From NCBI GenBank assembly GCA_016906335.1, contig JADEYG010000003.1, positions 992,001-1,056,000 of the forward strand: a stretch of DNA of 64,000 bases, given 5' to 3'. The notes beneath the pieces are model-generated. The model was not told the origin of the DNA and searched no databases. It saw only the letters and a program-made list of their open reading frames with translations. Made by a program: the position numbers and the translations under genes. The stretch is from Novakomyces olei. Lineage: Eukaryota. Shown in pieces: positions 12,123 through 25,247 of this stretch (positions are counted from its first letter, which is position 1; the number at the start of each line of letters is the position of its first letter).

Positions 12123-13871
12123 CTATCCAAACAAATCCTGTGCCTTTCTCTTCTTTTTCAGATCGCTGCTCCAAAGAAAAAAATCACAGCGGTACTCGCG
12201 ATTAACTTGACCCTTTTCGCGAGTCCTGTTATCGTATCCTGGTCCAACTGGCCTCGAGCAGATCCAAAAATTACGGCCATTATTGGGCCCAGGTTTCCGT
12301 GTTGTTAGTTCTATACATTCTTCATTATGTACAAAGCACCGAGGCTTTTCTTTTTGCTGAGAGGCAAAAAAACCTTCCCATTGACTGCTGCCTTCCAGCG
12401 ATGCCATTCTTGCGCTTTCAAGCACGTCCTTGTCAATTTCCAAAGAGTCTTTTTTGTTATTGCCCGTTTCTTTTTCCGTTAAACAAGGCACTTTTGTCTC
12501 TGCCGGCAAGGAGCAATCCGCAACCGGATTCTTTGAGAAAAAGGATGCAAGTGTTCGTTGCCTTGGATCAGCTGTACTTTTCAAGCTGATTGGTTTAGCT
12601 TTTGCCTTGCCAATAACACGGCCTCCTCTGACTGGAGAAGTTGGCGTCTGCTGTACTTTTATCTTGTCTTTTTCCCCAGTCTCTGCACTATTACCATCTC
12701 TAAATATCCTTTTCTCTTCTATTGCAAGGGAAGCCGGCTTTTCCATTCGCATAAACATAGAGCGAATATTTCCACGGGTGCTGTACTCTTCAAAGTAGCG
12801 AGCTGCTCGAGGCGGAGGAGGCGGCAAGTCCCGGCGTCGTTCTCCCGAGACAAAGCAGCCTGGAGGGTTAATCCTGTCTGCTAAAAACTGACCTTGACTA
12901 TTGCGGTCTTTCAAGTCAAGGTACACAGGACAATGATCTGAGCCGTATACTTCGGCCATAATATCGCTCGACTGGGCCCAATCGCGGAAGAACGGTAATG
13001 TACATAGGCAATAGTCGATCCTTGAGCCATAATTTCCCGGCCGAGCATTGATTTTTGTGTTCCAGCAGGTATACATCCCGAGTCGGCGAGGGTGGAAGGT
13101 ACGAGTACAGTCGACAAGGACCCGCCCATGTTCCGGTTCATGTACAAAATCTGCCTGCCGCTGTCCTTGTTCCGATCCGTGCTTTTGTTCTTTTGCTTGC
13201 TCTTTTTGTACCAACTCTTTTTGCTTCAATTCTATCCCATTTCTCTCTTGCCCCGCCTTCTCCACGTGCACAGTGGGCAGTAGTAGCCTGTCCAACCACT
13301 GCCGATGGGGGTAACTCTTGAAATTGCCATCAGGCGAGGCACGTATAGACTCTTGAGGCTCTGCTGTATCAATAGCATCCCTGCACACATTAATATCGCC
13401 AACAACAACAACCTGCCGGCCAGAGGCAGTGAGGTCACGGACTCTAGTACTGAGAGCATCTAAAAAGGCAAGCCGGTACTGCTCTCGCTCGGGGACAGTT
13501 ACGGCTGGGCAGTAAGTACCGATGAAATAAAATAGACCAAAGTCTAAGCAAACGGCACGGCCTTCTTCGTCCGAACCATCGGCACCAGAAATCCCAAACT
13601 CTGCGCGCACAGGAGAGCAAACGTCTCGGCGAACGTAAACAGCGACACCGGAATAGCCTTTTCGCGATTGTGGAAAGGTGAAAAACGCTTCAAATCCGGG
13701 GACATGAACAAGATCATCGCTCAAATCTTTGCGCTGTATTTTGATCTCTTGCAGGCAAATAATGTCGGCCTTGAGAGCATCAAAAATAGTGGCATACGAT
13801 TTTGTTTCGTTCCAGGGCGCATAATTGAACGGGTTACGTATCCCGTTGACGTTCCACGTCACTATGCGCAT
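12123..13871 (-). CDS. APN2: ExoIII-family AP endonuclease with PIP box and GRF zinc finger
   Basis: MRIVTWNVNGIR, GYSGV, GDIN, GSRIDY, GSDHCPV, QRTLASFF, GPNNGRNFWIC. The true ATG is at 13871. Confidence 0.95.
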   Translation of the reverse strand: MRIVTWNVNGIRNPFNYAPWNETKSYATIFDALKADIICLQEIKIQRKDLSDDLVHVPGFEAFFTFPQSRKGYSGVAVYVRRDVCSPVRAEFGISGADGSDEEGRAVCLDFGLFYFIGTYCPAVTVPEREQYRLAFLDALSTRVRDLTASGRQVVVVGDINVCRDAIDTAEPQESIRASPDGNFKSYPHRQWLDRLLLPTVHVEKAGQERNGIELKQKELVQKEQAKEQKHGSEQGQRQADFVHEPEHGRVLVDCTRTFHPRRLGMYTCWNTKINARPGNYGSRIDYCLCTLPFFRDWAQSSDIMAEVYGSDHCPVYLDLKDRNSQGQFLADRINPPGCFVSGERRRDLPPPPPRAARYFEEYSTRGNIRSMFMRMEKPASLAIEEKRIFRDGNSAETGEKDKIKVQQTPTSPVRGGRVIGKAKAKPISLKSTADPRQRTLASFFSKNPVADCSLPAETKVPCLTEKETGNNKKDSLEIDKDVLESARMASLEGSSQWEGFFASQQKEKPRCFVHNEECIELTTRKPGPNNGRNFWICSRPVGPGYDNRTREKGQVNREYRCDFFLWSSDLKKKRKAQDLFG

Positions 13872-13902
13872 CAGTCGCGAGCATAGTCCCGTTGCCAAAC
13901 AA

Positions 13903-14126
<224 letters not shown>

Positions 14127-14185
14127 TATTAAAATCGTTATTTCTCTAATATTGGTTTAGCCAACGGCACTGATCTCGCGCAGCC

Positions 14186-15202
14186 ATGTCCGAGACGCAG
14201 GAAGACGCGTTCGATTTAAATGACTCTGCTTCTAATTTGCAAGAGGGCGGTAATGGGGAAGACGGGTACGACGAAGGATTTGAGCGGGAAATGAACGAAG
14301 AACAAGAGTCCGCAGAGGCAGTAGGCTATGGGCAGCAAGAGCAAGAGCAGCAAGAGGGCAATGGCGAAACGAGTATGGACAAGCTAATCGATGAGCAGCC
14401 GCCTTCAACTCCGGGACAGGACTCCTCACAGATCAGCGGCAGTAGTGCAAATTTCTCCTCCGATCCTAATATGCCAATGGCACTGCAAATCTCAGATTTG
14501 TACTGGTACACTACGGACGCGGACGTGTACAACGTCCTTCGCGGGGCGGGTATCTATGAAAATCTCGTAGATTTTGCGTTTTCCGAGCAAAAGACTTCCG
14601 GTAAATCACGTTCAGCGGCTTATTTGCGCTTCAACGAAAATACTGCGGCCGTTACTGCTCGCGATGCCTTTGTAAACAGCACAAATCCGAGATTAAGGCC
14701 GGCTTCAGGTCAGCCAGTACGTGTTTACTTGTCCAACTATACACGTAACCCTTTCCGGGGCAGTCGGGACGAGGGAACCGCGCCTAGAACTAACCGGCCT
14801 GGGCCTGGGCAGCCGGGTGCTAATACTCCTCAATGGCAGACGAGTACTAATCCCCAATGGCAGCAGTCTAATAGCAAAATGATGGGAGTCGGCCGGCCTT
14901 CTATGGGCATGCAAAGGTCGGCTCCGATAAGAGGCCGGGGAGGAGGGTTCCGCCGGGGTGGAGGGCCAATGCCACAGGCAAATACGGTTGTGGGAGCTGG
15001 AGGATGGCAGCATACGAGGCCCGTAATGCCTCCACAGATGGCTGGACAGTATGGAGGGTTTGGAGCGCCTGTGATGTCGCCCTACCGTGTTGCTCCTTAC
15101 CAGCAGCCGCCAATGATGTACCCTCAGTCGGGAGGGAGGGGGCCTGTGCAGATGCCTTTTAATAACTATAATCCGCACAAACGGCAGCGGAATGACGAGT
15201 AG
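14186..15202 (+). CDS. RRM protein with RGG/Pro-rich tail, CFIm68/CPSF6-like
   Basis: ALQISDLYWYTTDADV..FSEQKTSGKSRSAAYLRF RRM; NPHKRQR terminus. Confidence 0.75.
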   Translation: MSETQEDAFDLNDSASNLQEGGNGEDGYDEGFEREMNEEQESAEAVGYGQQEQEQQEGNGETSMDKLIDEQPPSTPGQDSSQISGSSANFSSDPNMPMALQISDLYWYTTDADVYNVLRGAGIYENLVDFAFSEQKTSGKSRSAAYLRFNENTAAVTARDAFVNSTNPRLRPASGQPVRVYLSNYTRNPFRGSRDEGTAPRTNRPGPGQPGANTPQWQTSTNPQWQQSNSKMMGVGRPSMGMQRSAPIRGRGGGFRRGGGPMPQANTVVGAGGWQHTRPVMPPQMAGQYGGFGAPVMSPYRVAPYQQPPMMYPQSGGRGPVQMPFNNYNPHKRQRNDE

Positions 15203-15734
15203 ATATTGGGAAAGGAGGAAATAAAAAATAGAAAATGAAAAAGAATTATATGAATAAAACAAGAAAACGGTAAAGAAACTATCGATAATGATTGGACGAA
15301 TACCCTTTTGCATACGTATTACAGAATGCAGCTAGTGTGTCTACTAATATGAGGTCTTGTGCATCATAGAATTGGCAAAGCATACTTTTTTGGAGTAGAA
15401 TATTATAGACTCTAGGGTAAAACAGGGAGAGCAATGAGGTAGACAGCAAAAGATGGCGATTATATTTATGATCATTATTTTCGAAATTCACAGATAGGGT
15501 TAGGGTTAATCGAGTATGTTTATAGGCTCCAAAGATTGGCTTCACAGGATAAAGCAAAACCACGAGGTCTGTCTCGTCTCGTACAATTACTCTGGCAATC
15601 AGCTGCTGTGCAGATACGTATCGTCTGAATAAATCTTTTTAACAAGTGTCATTAATATAATCATTAATCATCACAGCGCCCATAAGCATTGCAGGTAAAA
15701 CCACCATTGCCACCATTTAAGCTTGCATGCGTTG

Positions 15735-17147
15735 TTATCGTTTGTACCAGTGATCAATGAGCCACATGAAGGAGACTCCGGCTAGAACGACTCCCGCACC
15801 AGAGACAAAAGGCCCGAAAAAAGCACTTGTAGATAATTTTTGCCACCCAAAGGTTTTACGCCCTTTCTGCTGCTCTTCAATCGCCAATTTTGACCTTTCC
15901 ATTGCACGCTCATGGGCATTTAAATCCGTATTGCTGCCTTTCATAATCTCCTTTAGTCTTTTCTCTGCGTTATCCGCACGAGCTTTCCAAAACTGAGCGC
16001 TTGTCAAAGCCAATTGCAGAACTTTTCGCAGCTCTCCTTCATCAACTGTACCTGTCGATGTTCCCCCGAGTGGTTTCAGCTCCGGCACCGGCCGATCATC
16101 AAGGTTTACGTCCTTTGAAACGAGGCCGTTTTCAATTACGTCCTGTTTGAAACTGTCCATTCCATCTGGCTCCGCTTCAAGTTTTGGTTCCTGTAACGAA
16201 GCGGAACCAAGATCAGCACCGGAGTTGAGCCGTATACTTGCTTTCAAGCTTTGATCTGGTACATTTTCCTGGGCGAAATTTTCGCGTACATCGAGACTGC
16301 CGGACGAGTTGACGGCCAGATTTGCATCTTCAATGCTGCTTTTATTTATATTATTATCATCTTTAGGCCCGTATCCGGGATGAATTGCCATGTTCCGTAT
16401 AACTCGAGAGATTGTGGGCAAAGGCTCGTCAATCCCGTGTTTGGCCATGAGCTCTTCGCTCTCTGCTGGAGCAATGTAATCCTCACCCTCTGCACTATTG
16501 AGGAAGAACTCTTGCTTGATTTTGGCAAACTCATTAGCCGTTGCTACCAGATCAGTGTTTATCATTCGCACGCTTTTGAGCTCGCTGCTTAGAATCATTA
16601 GCAGCGACTCGACATCAATTGGCCCGGCTCCGGCTCCGACTCCAGCATTAGCGTTATTGCCCACAATGTTTTCTGGAGCAGTTGTATCCCTGTTAGAGTT
16701 ACCCTCCAACGCGCTAGAAGTCGGGGCAATATCAGACACACGTGCGGACACCTTTTTATGGACAACTGCCTTGTTGTCCTCGTTCATAATGTCAATGCCA
16801 AGCTCAAGAATATCATCGATCTGCAGCTCGCAAGGCTCAGACTCGACGCCTTCCGGGCTCAGCCTTCGTCCATTAACAAAGGTTCCATTGGACGATTTTA
16901 CGTCACGGATATATACACGGCCATGCGAATCGGCCCACGCTTCCGCATGCTGGCGCGAAAGGACTTTAGAATCGAAATAAAGGTTGGTTCCGCCAGGAGT
17001 TGTTGCCTTGTTTGTCTGTCTGCCGACGCGTAATGTCTCTGGCCATACGGGCAGGGAAACACGTTTACGCGTAAACGTAGAGTTCAGTGATACTAGCGAA
17101 AGGCAGGTAGACATAGCCGTCTCCGACTTGCCGCTTTTACCCGCCAT
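15735..17147 (-). CDS. VPS64: FHA-domain tail-anchored protein (Vps64/Far10/SLMAP-like, STRIPAK)
   Basis: GRQTN, FDSKVLSRQHA, DVKSSNGTFVNG; C-terminal TM helix. First ATG at 17147. Confidence 0.8.
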   Translation of the reverse strand: MAGKSGKSETAMSTCLSLVSLNSTFTRKRVSLPVWPETLRVGRQTNKATTPGGTNLYFDSKVLSRQHAEAWADSHGRVYIRDVKSSNGTFVNGRRLSPEGVESEPCELQIDDILELGIDIMNEDNKAVVHKKVSARVSDIAPTSSALEGNSNRDTTAPENIVGNNANAGVGAGAGPIDVESLLMILSSELKSVRMINTDLVATANEFAKIKQEFFLNSAEGEDYIAPAESEELMAKHGIDEPLPTISRVIRNMAIHPGYGPKDDNNINKSSIEDANLAVNSSGSLDVRENFAQENVPDQSLKASIRLNSGADLGSASLQEPKLEAEPDGMDSFKQDVIENGLVSKDVNLDDRPVPELKPLGGTSTGTVDEGELRKVLQLALTSAQFWKARADNAEKRLKEIMKGSNTDLNAHERAMERSKLAIEEQQKGRKTFGWQKLSTSAFFGPFVSGAGVVLAGVSFMWLIDHWYKR

Positions 17148-17804
17148 CTTAGCGTTGGGTTCGTTATTACGCCAAAGGCTGCATTGCTGCGGATGCAATG
17201 GAAAAGAGATGTATAAAAGAAAAGCGGGTAATGCGCGAGAGCGGACGCGAGATTAGAGGGACAAACGAGACGCTGTACGTTTAGGATTTAATTGATTATT
17301 TTGCTTTATTTACCAATTGCCAGCTGGCTACTGCGCCGAATGACACTTCATCAGCCCACACAATACTCACAAAGGCGGCGCCGTACTCATATGAATGTAT
17401 AATTTATGGAGAAAATAAACGTTTAAATGAATACAGCAAAAGAATAATACAAATGAATATAAATGAATATACAAGTGAATATACAAATGCATACACAAAA
17501 GAATAATACCAAAAAATGAAATAATACTAAAAAATACAAGAAAATGAATAATACAAGAGAATAATAATACGGCAATAATTTAGGTATTTTTTATGAGAAT
17601 TATAGGGTATATCTCTCATATGGGCAAATAAATAAATGCAATTCTTTACTTGTGAATACAGCCGTGTTAAAAGTGTCTAGTAATTTCAAAAAGCTAGAAG
17701 CACAGGCAGTAGAGTAGGGTAGGGTTGTGACTGTCGCCATATGTCTAAACAACATTGGCTATACGCCGACGGTGTCGAGACAACATTACACACAATCAGC
17801 AAAG

Positions 17805-18118
17805 ATGACGAAGGGCACAACGTCTATGGGCAAGCGTAAGTTGTGAAGAGATGTGAAAGTAGAGACTGACTCTGTACAGGCCACTCCAAGACGCACACTT
17901 TGTGCCGTCGCTGTGGAACGCGCGCTTTCCACATCCAAAAGAAGACGTGCGCCTCGTGCGGATACCCTTCGGCCAAGACACGCAAGTACGAGTGGGGCCA
18001 AAAGGCTAAGCGAAGAAAGACTACTGGCACGGGACGTCTCCGGTCTTTGAAGTTGGTCCATCGCCGTTTCTTGAACGGTTTCCGCACCGGATCTGCACCT
18101 ACCAAAACTGAAGTTTAA
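17805..18118 (+). CDS. RPL37: 60S ribosomal protein L37 (intron 17836-17879)
   Basis: [35 protein letters not shown]. Confidence 0.97.
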
Positions 18119-18878
18119 ACTAGTTCATTTTACTAGGGAATAATGCATTTGCAAGGGCACAACTGTCCGAGGGATATTCACCTTTGTTCAATTAAAACTG
18201 CCAAGGAGAAGAAGTATAAAAATCAAATAGATCTACCCAAGGGGACTGGCCTGACGGAGGTTTCGTGGTACTCGCTAATCCAGTGATTGTATTGATTCTC
18301 AATTGCACCCGTTGCTCTATCCCGTTGTAGTTTGATAGCACCAAGGAGCAATACAAGCCTCTCCGTCTACTTGATTATCATTCCTTCTAATTAAGAGTCA
18401 CTGCGCTTTAGATTACACGAATAATCAACGTCAGCCATTCGTCCACACTTTGTCATCGATACTTGAATAAGGCAATAATCTCATTTCGGGCAATGAAAGC
18501 TCAGATACACAAATCAAATGTCCTGTTTTACGAACACGGTTCAGCTTGCTAGTCTGTTACAATTAATAGACAAGCTTCTGTCTCTAAATTTCAATTGCTA
18601 TTCTCGATTGCTGATTGAGTGATTAAGCCTATCTTTACAAGAGCATAATTTCATTTCGGACATTAACCCTAACCCTTATCCCAATTTTATAATATAAAGG
18701 ATATATCCAAAAATGGTCGTAATCGTAGTAAGAGCGTGCTTAAAGCATGTAATAATTTTGTATTTATAGTGTTAGCCATAAAATAGGCTAATATATGAGA
18801 CGCACCGTCATTTACTCAAATCAAATCGCAACATTACGAGCTGCCGGACAGGGCTTGTGTAATGCAGCGGTACTATGA

Positions 18879-20083
18879 ATGGCTACTATGAATGACACGA
18901 GTTATGCGTCGCTGAAAAAGGCTGATTTTGTAATTTATGTATTGTGCAGGATAAATCTAACGGCAATAGCAAACTGAGCAGGAATGGCTTGTGAATCGTA
19001 TCTTTCCAGAGATCATTGCCAATGTCCACACTGGCATTGACGAGTGCGCATCTTTATTGCAACGTCAAGAACCGCAGGTTACGCTACCCGTGACAGATCC
19101 TCGTGTGGACGATCTAAAGGGGATTGTGAGCCGCAGTGGCTGTGGAATCGCTCGACTGGTATTTCGTGTTTTTAATGACGAGTCCTGTTTAACTAATCAA
19201 CTATTCAGGATCTCAATGTAAAGTTTCGGGCCAAGAAGAATTTGTCGCTGCAAATTGCTTTGGCTCATGATCATCATTTCACTATTCCCCAACTTGTCGA
19301 TGCCGTAAAACACATAAGACAAGCCCAGACTAATGCTCGCACTACACTAAGGCAGGATAACAATTGCGATGTATGCCATGGTTTGCTAGATTGGCTTTAT
19401 ATTCTAATCCTATTCTTATGAAACTTAAAGTCTATTATTATTCCCATTTCTGTTTGCGTTCTGTCCCTATTGTTTACCCTTTTTGTACGTACTTTTTTTT
19501 GATAGCTAATGGCAAAGATTATATCCAAGACGCTTCAAGATGTACAGGCTGCCAAGGCAGCTTTGGAATCACCAGCGCCAGCTGAAGTATTTCCTTACTG
19601 TACGGTCGACGCAAAAGTAGGAATTGCTCTTTTATATTCCCTCTAAACCCCAGAATTTCGATCCAGTCATCCCTTCCCTAATACCCCTCACTATATCCGT
19701 GAAGGAAGGATCGCTCGTCGTTGAAGTACGGCTGTTGGGCAGCATTGAACATGGGTCTGGCTTGCAGCACGAGTTTGACCGGCTTACATCCGCATCAGTC
19801 CTGGGCAGCACTTTTAGCAAGCTAATGAGTGCACCGTCCGAGCTCATGACTACTCTAAAGAGCCAAGAAACTCATTTCGAAAGAGCGTAAGCATATGCGA
19901 AACACGCGAAGGCTAATATATGTGTTTAGACGGTACAAGGGCGAGGACGTCGTTATCTTCGAGACTCTCTCCGTCGAGGCGCAGGATCCGCTTTTGCTGA
20001 CGTGTTTGGTAAAGCTATCTGCGCTCGAATCAACGCTCAAAAGCATGTGGCGAAAGGCCAAAATGATCTTTCATGAAGCTTGA
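18879..20083 (+). CDS. RAV2: RAVE complex subunit 2 / Rogdi family, multi-exon
   Basis: EQEWL..GIDECASLL..LKGIVSRSG; C-terminal VEAQDPLLLTCLVKLSALE. Confidence 0.75.
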
Positions 20084-20125
20084 GAGGAATCCGGTATTTT
20101 AACCTTGTTTAGAAGTGGTAATTGC

Positions 20126-20804
20126 TTAGCGCGCAAAGGTTCGTGATAGACGCATCCGTTGTTCCTGCAAATTAGATTCCGTAATCACATAAGCCCCCGA
20201 ATTTATATGCAGTTTTAAAAGAAACCAAATTACCTGCTGTTTTGTCTCCAACGACAGTCGTGTCAATGTAAGCTCTAATCGCTCCTTCTTCATCTTTAAC
20301 TCGCTGTACTGCTGTCGCGTCTCCTCTGAGATTGGATCCGTTGGCTCTTGTAGTGGACTGCTTTGACCTCGTGTGGCCGATGGAATCCGAAACTCTTGCA
20401 GACGCACTTGCTGCAGCTCGCTCTTAGACTTCAACGATCTTTCTTTACGATCGAGCCTCGCAACAGCCTCCTCGGCACGTTTAATGAGCTCAGTAAGTTG
20501 AGGCTCAACATAGTCGCTCAATTCCTGGTGAGCTTTACGCAGTTCCGATTCCCGTACAAGTTCAAAATGCTACACGAGTCAGTTTTGCAAACGATTCGCG
20601 ACTTACCCGATCGTTTCTAACTGCCGCAGCGAGACGCGGGTAGTCGCTCACCCCTTCGTCTAGAGTACCAATGCATTTGAACATCTGCCATATATTAACT
20701 CTTTTCCCACAAATAGCGCTTACCAGCTCGCAGCACGAATCGAGCGTAGATACGCACGCCTCTAAGCCATTACTGCCGCCACCAACTGGCCTTTGGTAGG
20801 CCAT
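20126..20804 (-). CDS. SPC19: DASH/Dam1 kinetochore subunit Spc19, multi-exon
   Basis: LEACVSTL..TLDEGVSDYPRL..HFELVRESEL..VEPQLTELI..LDRKERSL. Confidence 0.85.
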
Positions 20805-21149
20805 TGCCTTTGTTTACGCGTAAGAATAATAACAGCAGAAAATAATATTAGCAAAAGGTTCGATACATTTTAACCCTAATACTGGCAGACTCGCACAAGT
20901 ATTAGATAATCATCGAAAACCCTACCTGCAAGTTTAGAAAATTACAATAATTCAATGCTCAAAGGTTACTTAACCTCTACCAGTAAGTAAACGGCTCGCT
21001 CAGTCCGGCGGCGATAAAACAGATATTTTGCTGCTCAAGGATCAAACCCTCACCCAACGATTACTGTCGGAACGCTGCAAGGTACGGTGACGCCGGTGTA
21101 AGGCTGCACACTAACTCTTTTGCAGTTCATCAGTAGGTACCTGACAACA

Positions 21150-21425
21150 ATGGCTGGACTCAACCCGCCGTTCCTTCGTCCCTTTCACCCGTTCATCATT
21201 GGGGGTAAGTACTCTTTCTACAATAGACAAAGCAGCTGCTAACGTCAATGTACAGGCGTCGTCGTCACATACGGCGTGTTTTCCCTGCGTGATGCGTTAT
21301 GGTCGAGTACGTTTTAACCAATTCACGTTTGTCCTAACTTTTTCACAGGCGAAGCTTTGAAAGACGACCCGCGTAACCCGTTGACCAAAGGTCCGGACGG
21401 CGGCAGACTCAAGGAGCACCATTGA
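21150..21425 (+). CDS. ATP18: Mitochondrial ATP synthase subunit i/j (2 coding introns; probable 5'UTR intron 21082-21125)
   Basis: PFLRPLSPFIIG|GVVVTYGV..|SEALKDDPRNP; missed by the ORF track. Confidence 0.85.
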
Positions 21426-21778
21426 GCACAATTCAAAGGCGAATAAGTTTAGATTACGCTTAATTGAAAACAGTTTTTTGAATACTGGGATTGTGCCACT
21501 TGGCTTGGTAGACTGGTTGAGCGTAGAGAGTTTATGGCCAGTGCACGCTGGATTAGCGTGGGCGTTTTAGACACGATTGTAATTGTTGAGGCTTATGGAT
21601 TTGCTGCCTTTTGATCTGTACTTTGCTTTCCTTTACTTTGCTCGACGATTAGATTTAATTAATAATCGAATAAATAATTCTACAAGTACCATTGCCAATA
21701 CGCACGTGCCCTTGCTCAAACAGCACCCAGGTCTTTTGTAGTTTCCGTAGAGTTCTTGGTCGCCGTCACCATTAATAT

Positions 21779-23491
21779 ATGGAACAAGCCAGAGCGCTCG
21801 TCGAAGCGCTGATTGCCGACGGGTGCACTGTCAATGCCGTCATTCCACGCGCAACAGCTCACGCGGGCAACGGCATTTTTGCTACAAGACATATAAATGT
21901 ACGCGTGCCATTGAAGCTCTACGACTAACAGTTCCAGAAAGGCGAAACGCTATTTACTGTTCCTTACAGGCACCTTTTTAATAAGCCAAATTTATTAAAA
22001 AGTGCTAGTAGCGTGAATCGCAATATCGCTCGTGGCAAGATTACTAGTCACCAGGCTTTGACCGCGTTTCTAGTCTTGGAAGCACTCAAGGGTGGGAAAA
22101 GCAAATGTGCTGCCTATATGAACACTTTACCCGCTCTACAGGAGTACCGCTCAATGGCGATCGTATTGCACATTAAAAACTCGCCTTTAAGTCAGTTTTT
22201 CACTAGTCAAATTAATGGTAACTTTACAACCTACTCGTGCCTTTAATTCTCTTGACTGGGACGGGGTCTATTTTGAGCCTGATTTGTTTACGTATTATTG
22301 CGTTTGTGTCTTTGTCTCTATTTAATTTGCTTTTAATCACGATTAAATTAACGTCAAGACAAGCTACAATGGCAGTTGGCCCAGTACAGTCGCGACGAGT
22401 TTGTTGTTCGACGACGACTTTTACGTTATGTGCTCCTCGATGATCACAGGGCAGCAATCAAGGACGACGAAGAATTCAATGGTCTTTTTATGTGGGCTTG
22501 GATTACAGGTATGGTCTTGAAATGTTAATAAATTACAAACAATAAATAATAAAAAGATAAACAAATGGAAGCATCTTTTGAAGCAGCAACAGCAACGACA
22601 AAAACAGGGCAAAACATGTTACGCAAGTTGTCGAAGATGATTAAAAATATACATAAATTATTCAACGATCCATAACCTATCACTGTTCTTAACGCTTCAG
22701 TAAACACAAGATGCTTGTATTTCAAGGTGACGGCGGACGGGGAATCGCTGGAGGAGAATATGACACTATCGCCCATGGTGGACTTGCTCAACCACACGGC
22801 AGAGGAGTCAGCGGGCGTAGAGCTGCAGTATACAAGGGCCGGTATGAGTATTGTAGCTGGACAATCATATGAAATCGACGATCAAGTGTTTTTGAAGTAC
22901 GGCACACACACAAATCAGACGCTTTTTTTAGAGTATGGGTTTTGCTTGCAGAGCAACCCGACACGGGAACTTAATCTCGACCATATTGTATCCAGCGAGG
23001 CTTCGGCGGAACAGAAACTTTGGCTAGAAAGGCAGGGGTATTGGGCAGATTTGACCCTGAGTGGAACTGAGTCTTCTTTCCGCTCTGAAGTCGCCCTAAG
23101 GGCTCTTCTTATCCCTGATTGTATATTGCAAAGAAGCAATTTGGCATTGAAAACGTTTGAAACAAGCTTGGACCGAGAAATGAATAAAAAAGAAAATTAC
23201 AATACAATCAAGAACAGTTCCATGTTCAAAGACCCCCAATTGCGGGCGCTCGAGCAAATGATGTCTGGTCTGCGCGATGGTTCGTATAACCAGTCGCAAT
23301 ACGAAGCTCAACTAGCAAACATTCTCATAGCTCTCCGAGCTGAGGCTGAAGCCAAAATTGAATCGATCAAGCAGATATGCAACACTGTTGATGGCTTGGC
23401 CCTTTCAAACTTGAACCTTATTTGGCAGGAACAACTTGAATTGTGCAATACTTGGCTCGAAGCATTGGATCCTATACGGCCCAGTAGATAG
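21779..23491 (+). CDS. SET-domain protein lysine methyltransferase (Rkm-type), multi-exon
   Basis: AGNGIFAT, AYMNTLP, VNTRCLY, LSPMVDLLNH, KYGTHTNQTLFLEYGF. Confidence 0.85.
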
Positions 23492-23504
23492 GGCACAAAA
23501 GAAC

Positions 23505-24695
23505 CTAGCCAGTTAATTTGAAAACGCCTTGAATATACGCTCTATCCATAGCGAGCTGAAGCTTGCGATTTTCCACTCTTTGGCCAACACGAGCCAAGGA
23601 AACAGTTTCGAGGCCGGCCGATTGCATGAGGGTTTCAACCCGATCTATTGTGAAAAAATAGCTTATTGTCCCGTCTTGACGAACAAATGTGTTTGGTGCA
23701 ATTTTAGAAGGCTGCTGGCTACGAGCAAAACGGGTGTGTGCAAAATCTCCGCTCGCATAGTCCCGAAATAAAAGCAAAGCACCCCGGCTCATTGCCTTTT
23801 TGATATTTGCTAAGACCGCGGGCTGTTGTTCTGCTGGAATTGCACTCAGGACAAATATACAGCTTACCACGTCAACTGTGCCGGTTGGCACAAGTGGGTC
23901 CTTGGCAACGTCACATACAAACGCCTCACACCTGTCTTGCGTATAAGACTCGTGCTCTTTTAGTAGCCGAATGGCTTCCTTACTGATATCACACGCATAA
24001 AGGAACAGGTTGCTGTGCCGCTCGAGGACTCTGCTGTATTAGCAGCAAACTAATGATTGACGACCTGTGATCATTTAAGCTATTGATATAGGTCTAATAA
24101 ATAAACTTTAGGCAATAGAATAGAAACGAAATCAAACGAAAAAAATTGGATAAATTGGATTGAACTGAACAAAATAGTACAGAATAACAGAAAACAAAAC
24201 AACTCATAATGTAGTCATATTATTGTTTGCAAGCTTTTCATACGGGAATACAAAATTGCCAACACCACAGCCGATTTCTAGCCCAATGACTTTGTCCTTG
24301 CCTGAAAAGACCCCAGCAAACTCGCGGTCGATCCAATGCCTAGGAGGAGTCAGACTAGTGAAAAGTGGAAGAATATAGTCGCAGTCTTTTGCTGTTTATT
24401 TAAGCATGTAATTTTTGTTTCTCATTTTCTTTTTTAATACAAACTTTTAAAGTCTAAATAAGGACATAAAACCTTCGCCAATTCTTACCTGTCTTTGAAA
24501 AACCGTGTACTGTTCCGTTTGTAGAATAAATTCCTGTGCTTTAGTACAGCATTTTCGATATGTAAATGTACCAACTGCGCCCACTTTCACGTTTGTACTT
24601 GTCAACCCAGAAAGCTTTGAGTGTCTGATAAATGTTAGCTCTTGAATATGTGCTGATAAACCTACAGCGATATCTTTATCGTCAAACTCTTCCAT
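23505..24695 (-). CDS. tRNA m3C methyltransferase METTL6/Trm141-like, multi-exon
   Basis: FYKRNSTRFFKDR|HWIDREF, LEIGCGVGN, ACDIS, IFVLSAI, FRDYASGD, RQDGTISYFF. Confidence 0.88.
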
Positions 24696-25247
24696 ATGCG
24701 CTTGATCAGTCCAATGTCTTGATAAGAATCAATTCGCCAGCGTCAAGTTCCAACCCCAACCTATACTAATTTTGTCTGCTATCCTTCGGCATGTCCTTCG
24801 TTTCACTTTGAATACAATGTTTTAATTGTATTTATTTTCATTCTGTTCGTATCAGATTCAATCAAAACTTTACATTATCGTCCACAAATTATGATATCCG
24901 TAATACTTAGTTAGATACAAGGCCAAAGTGGTAAAATAAAGCCAGTATATATATAATTTCAAGGATGGCAATTGTACAGTAAAGATCTTGCAATAATGAT
25001 CGCGACATAGACACGATTCTAAGACTAGCTCATGGAATATTTACAGGCCGCTCTAGCCGCCTCATTCCGTTGGCAAAACCCTTCAACTTGACGCCTTCTG
25101 CAAGCATGTTACTAGTCATAAGTTTACTGGTCATATAGCTTTACAAGAACATGAAATAGTTTCACAGAAATTTGCTACAATAATTAGCTCAATCGACTAT
25201 GCTACTGAAGCCCCACGACCGTTGCGAGTTGCGAGTAAACGGCCCAC

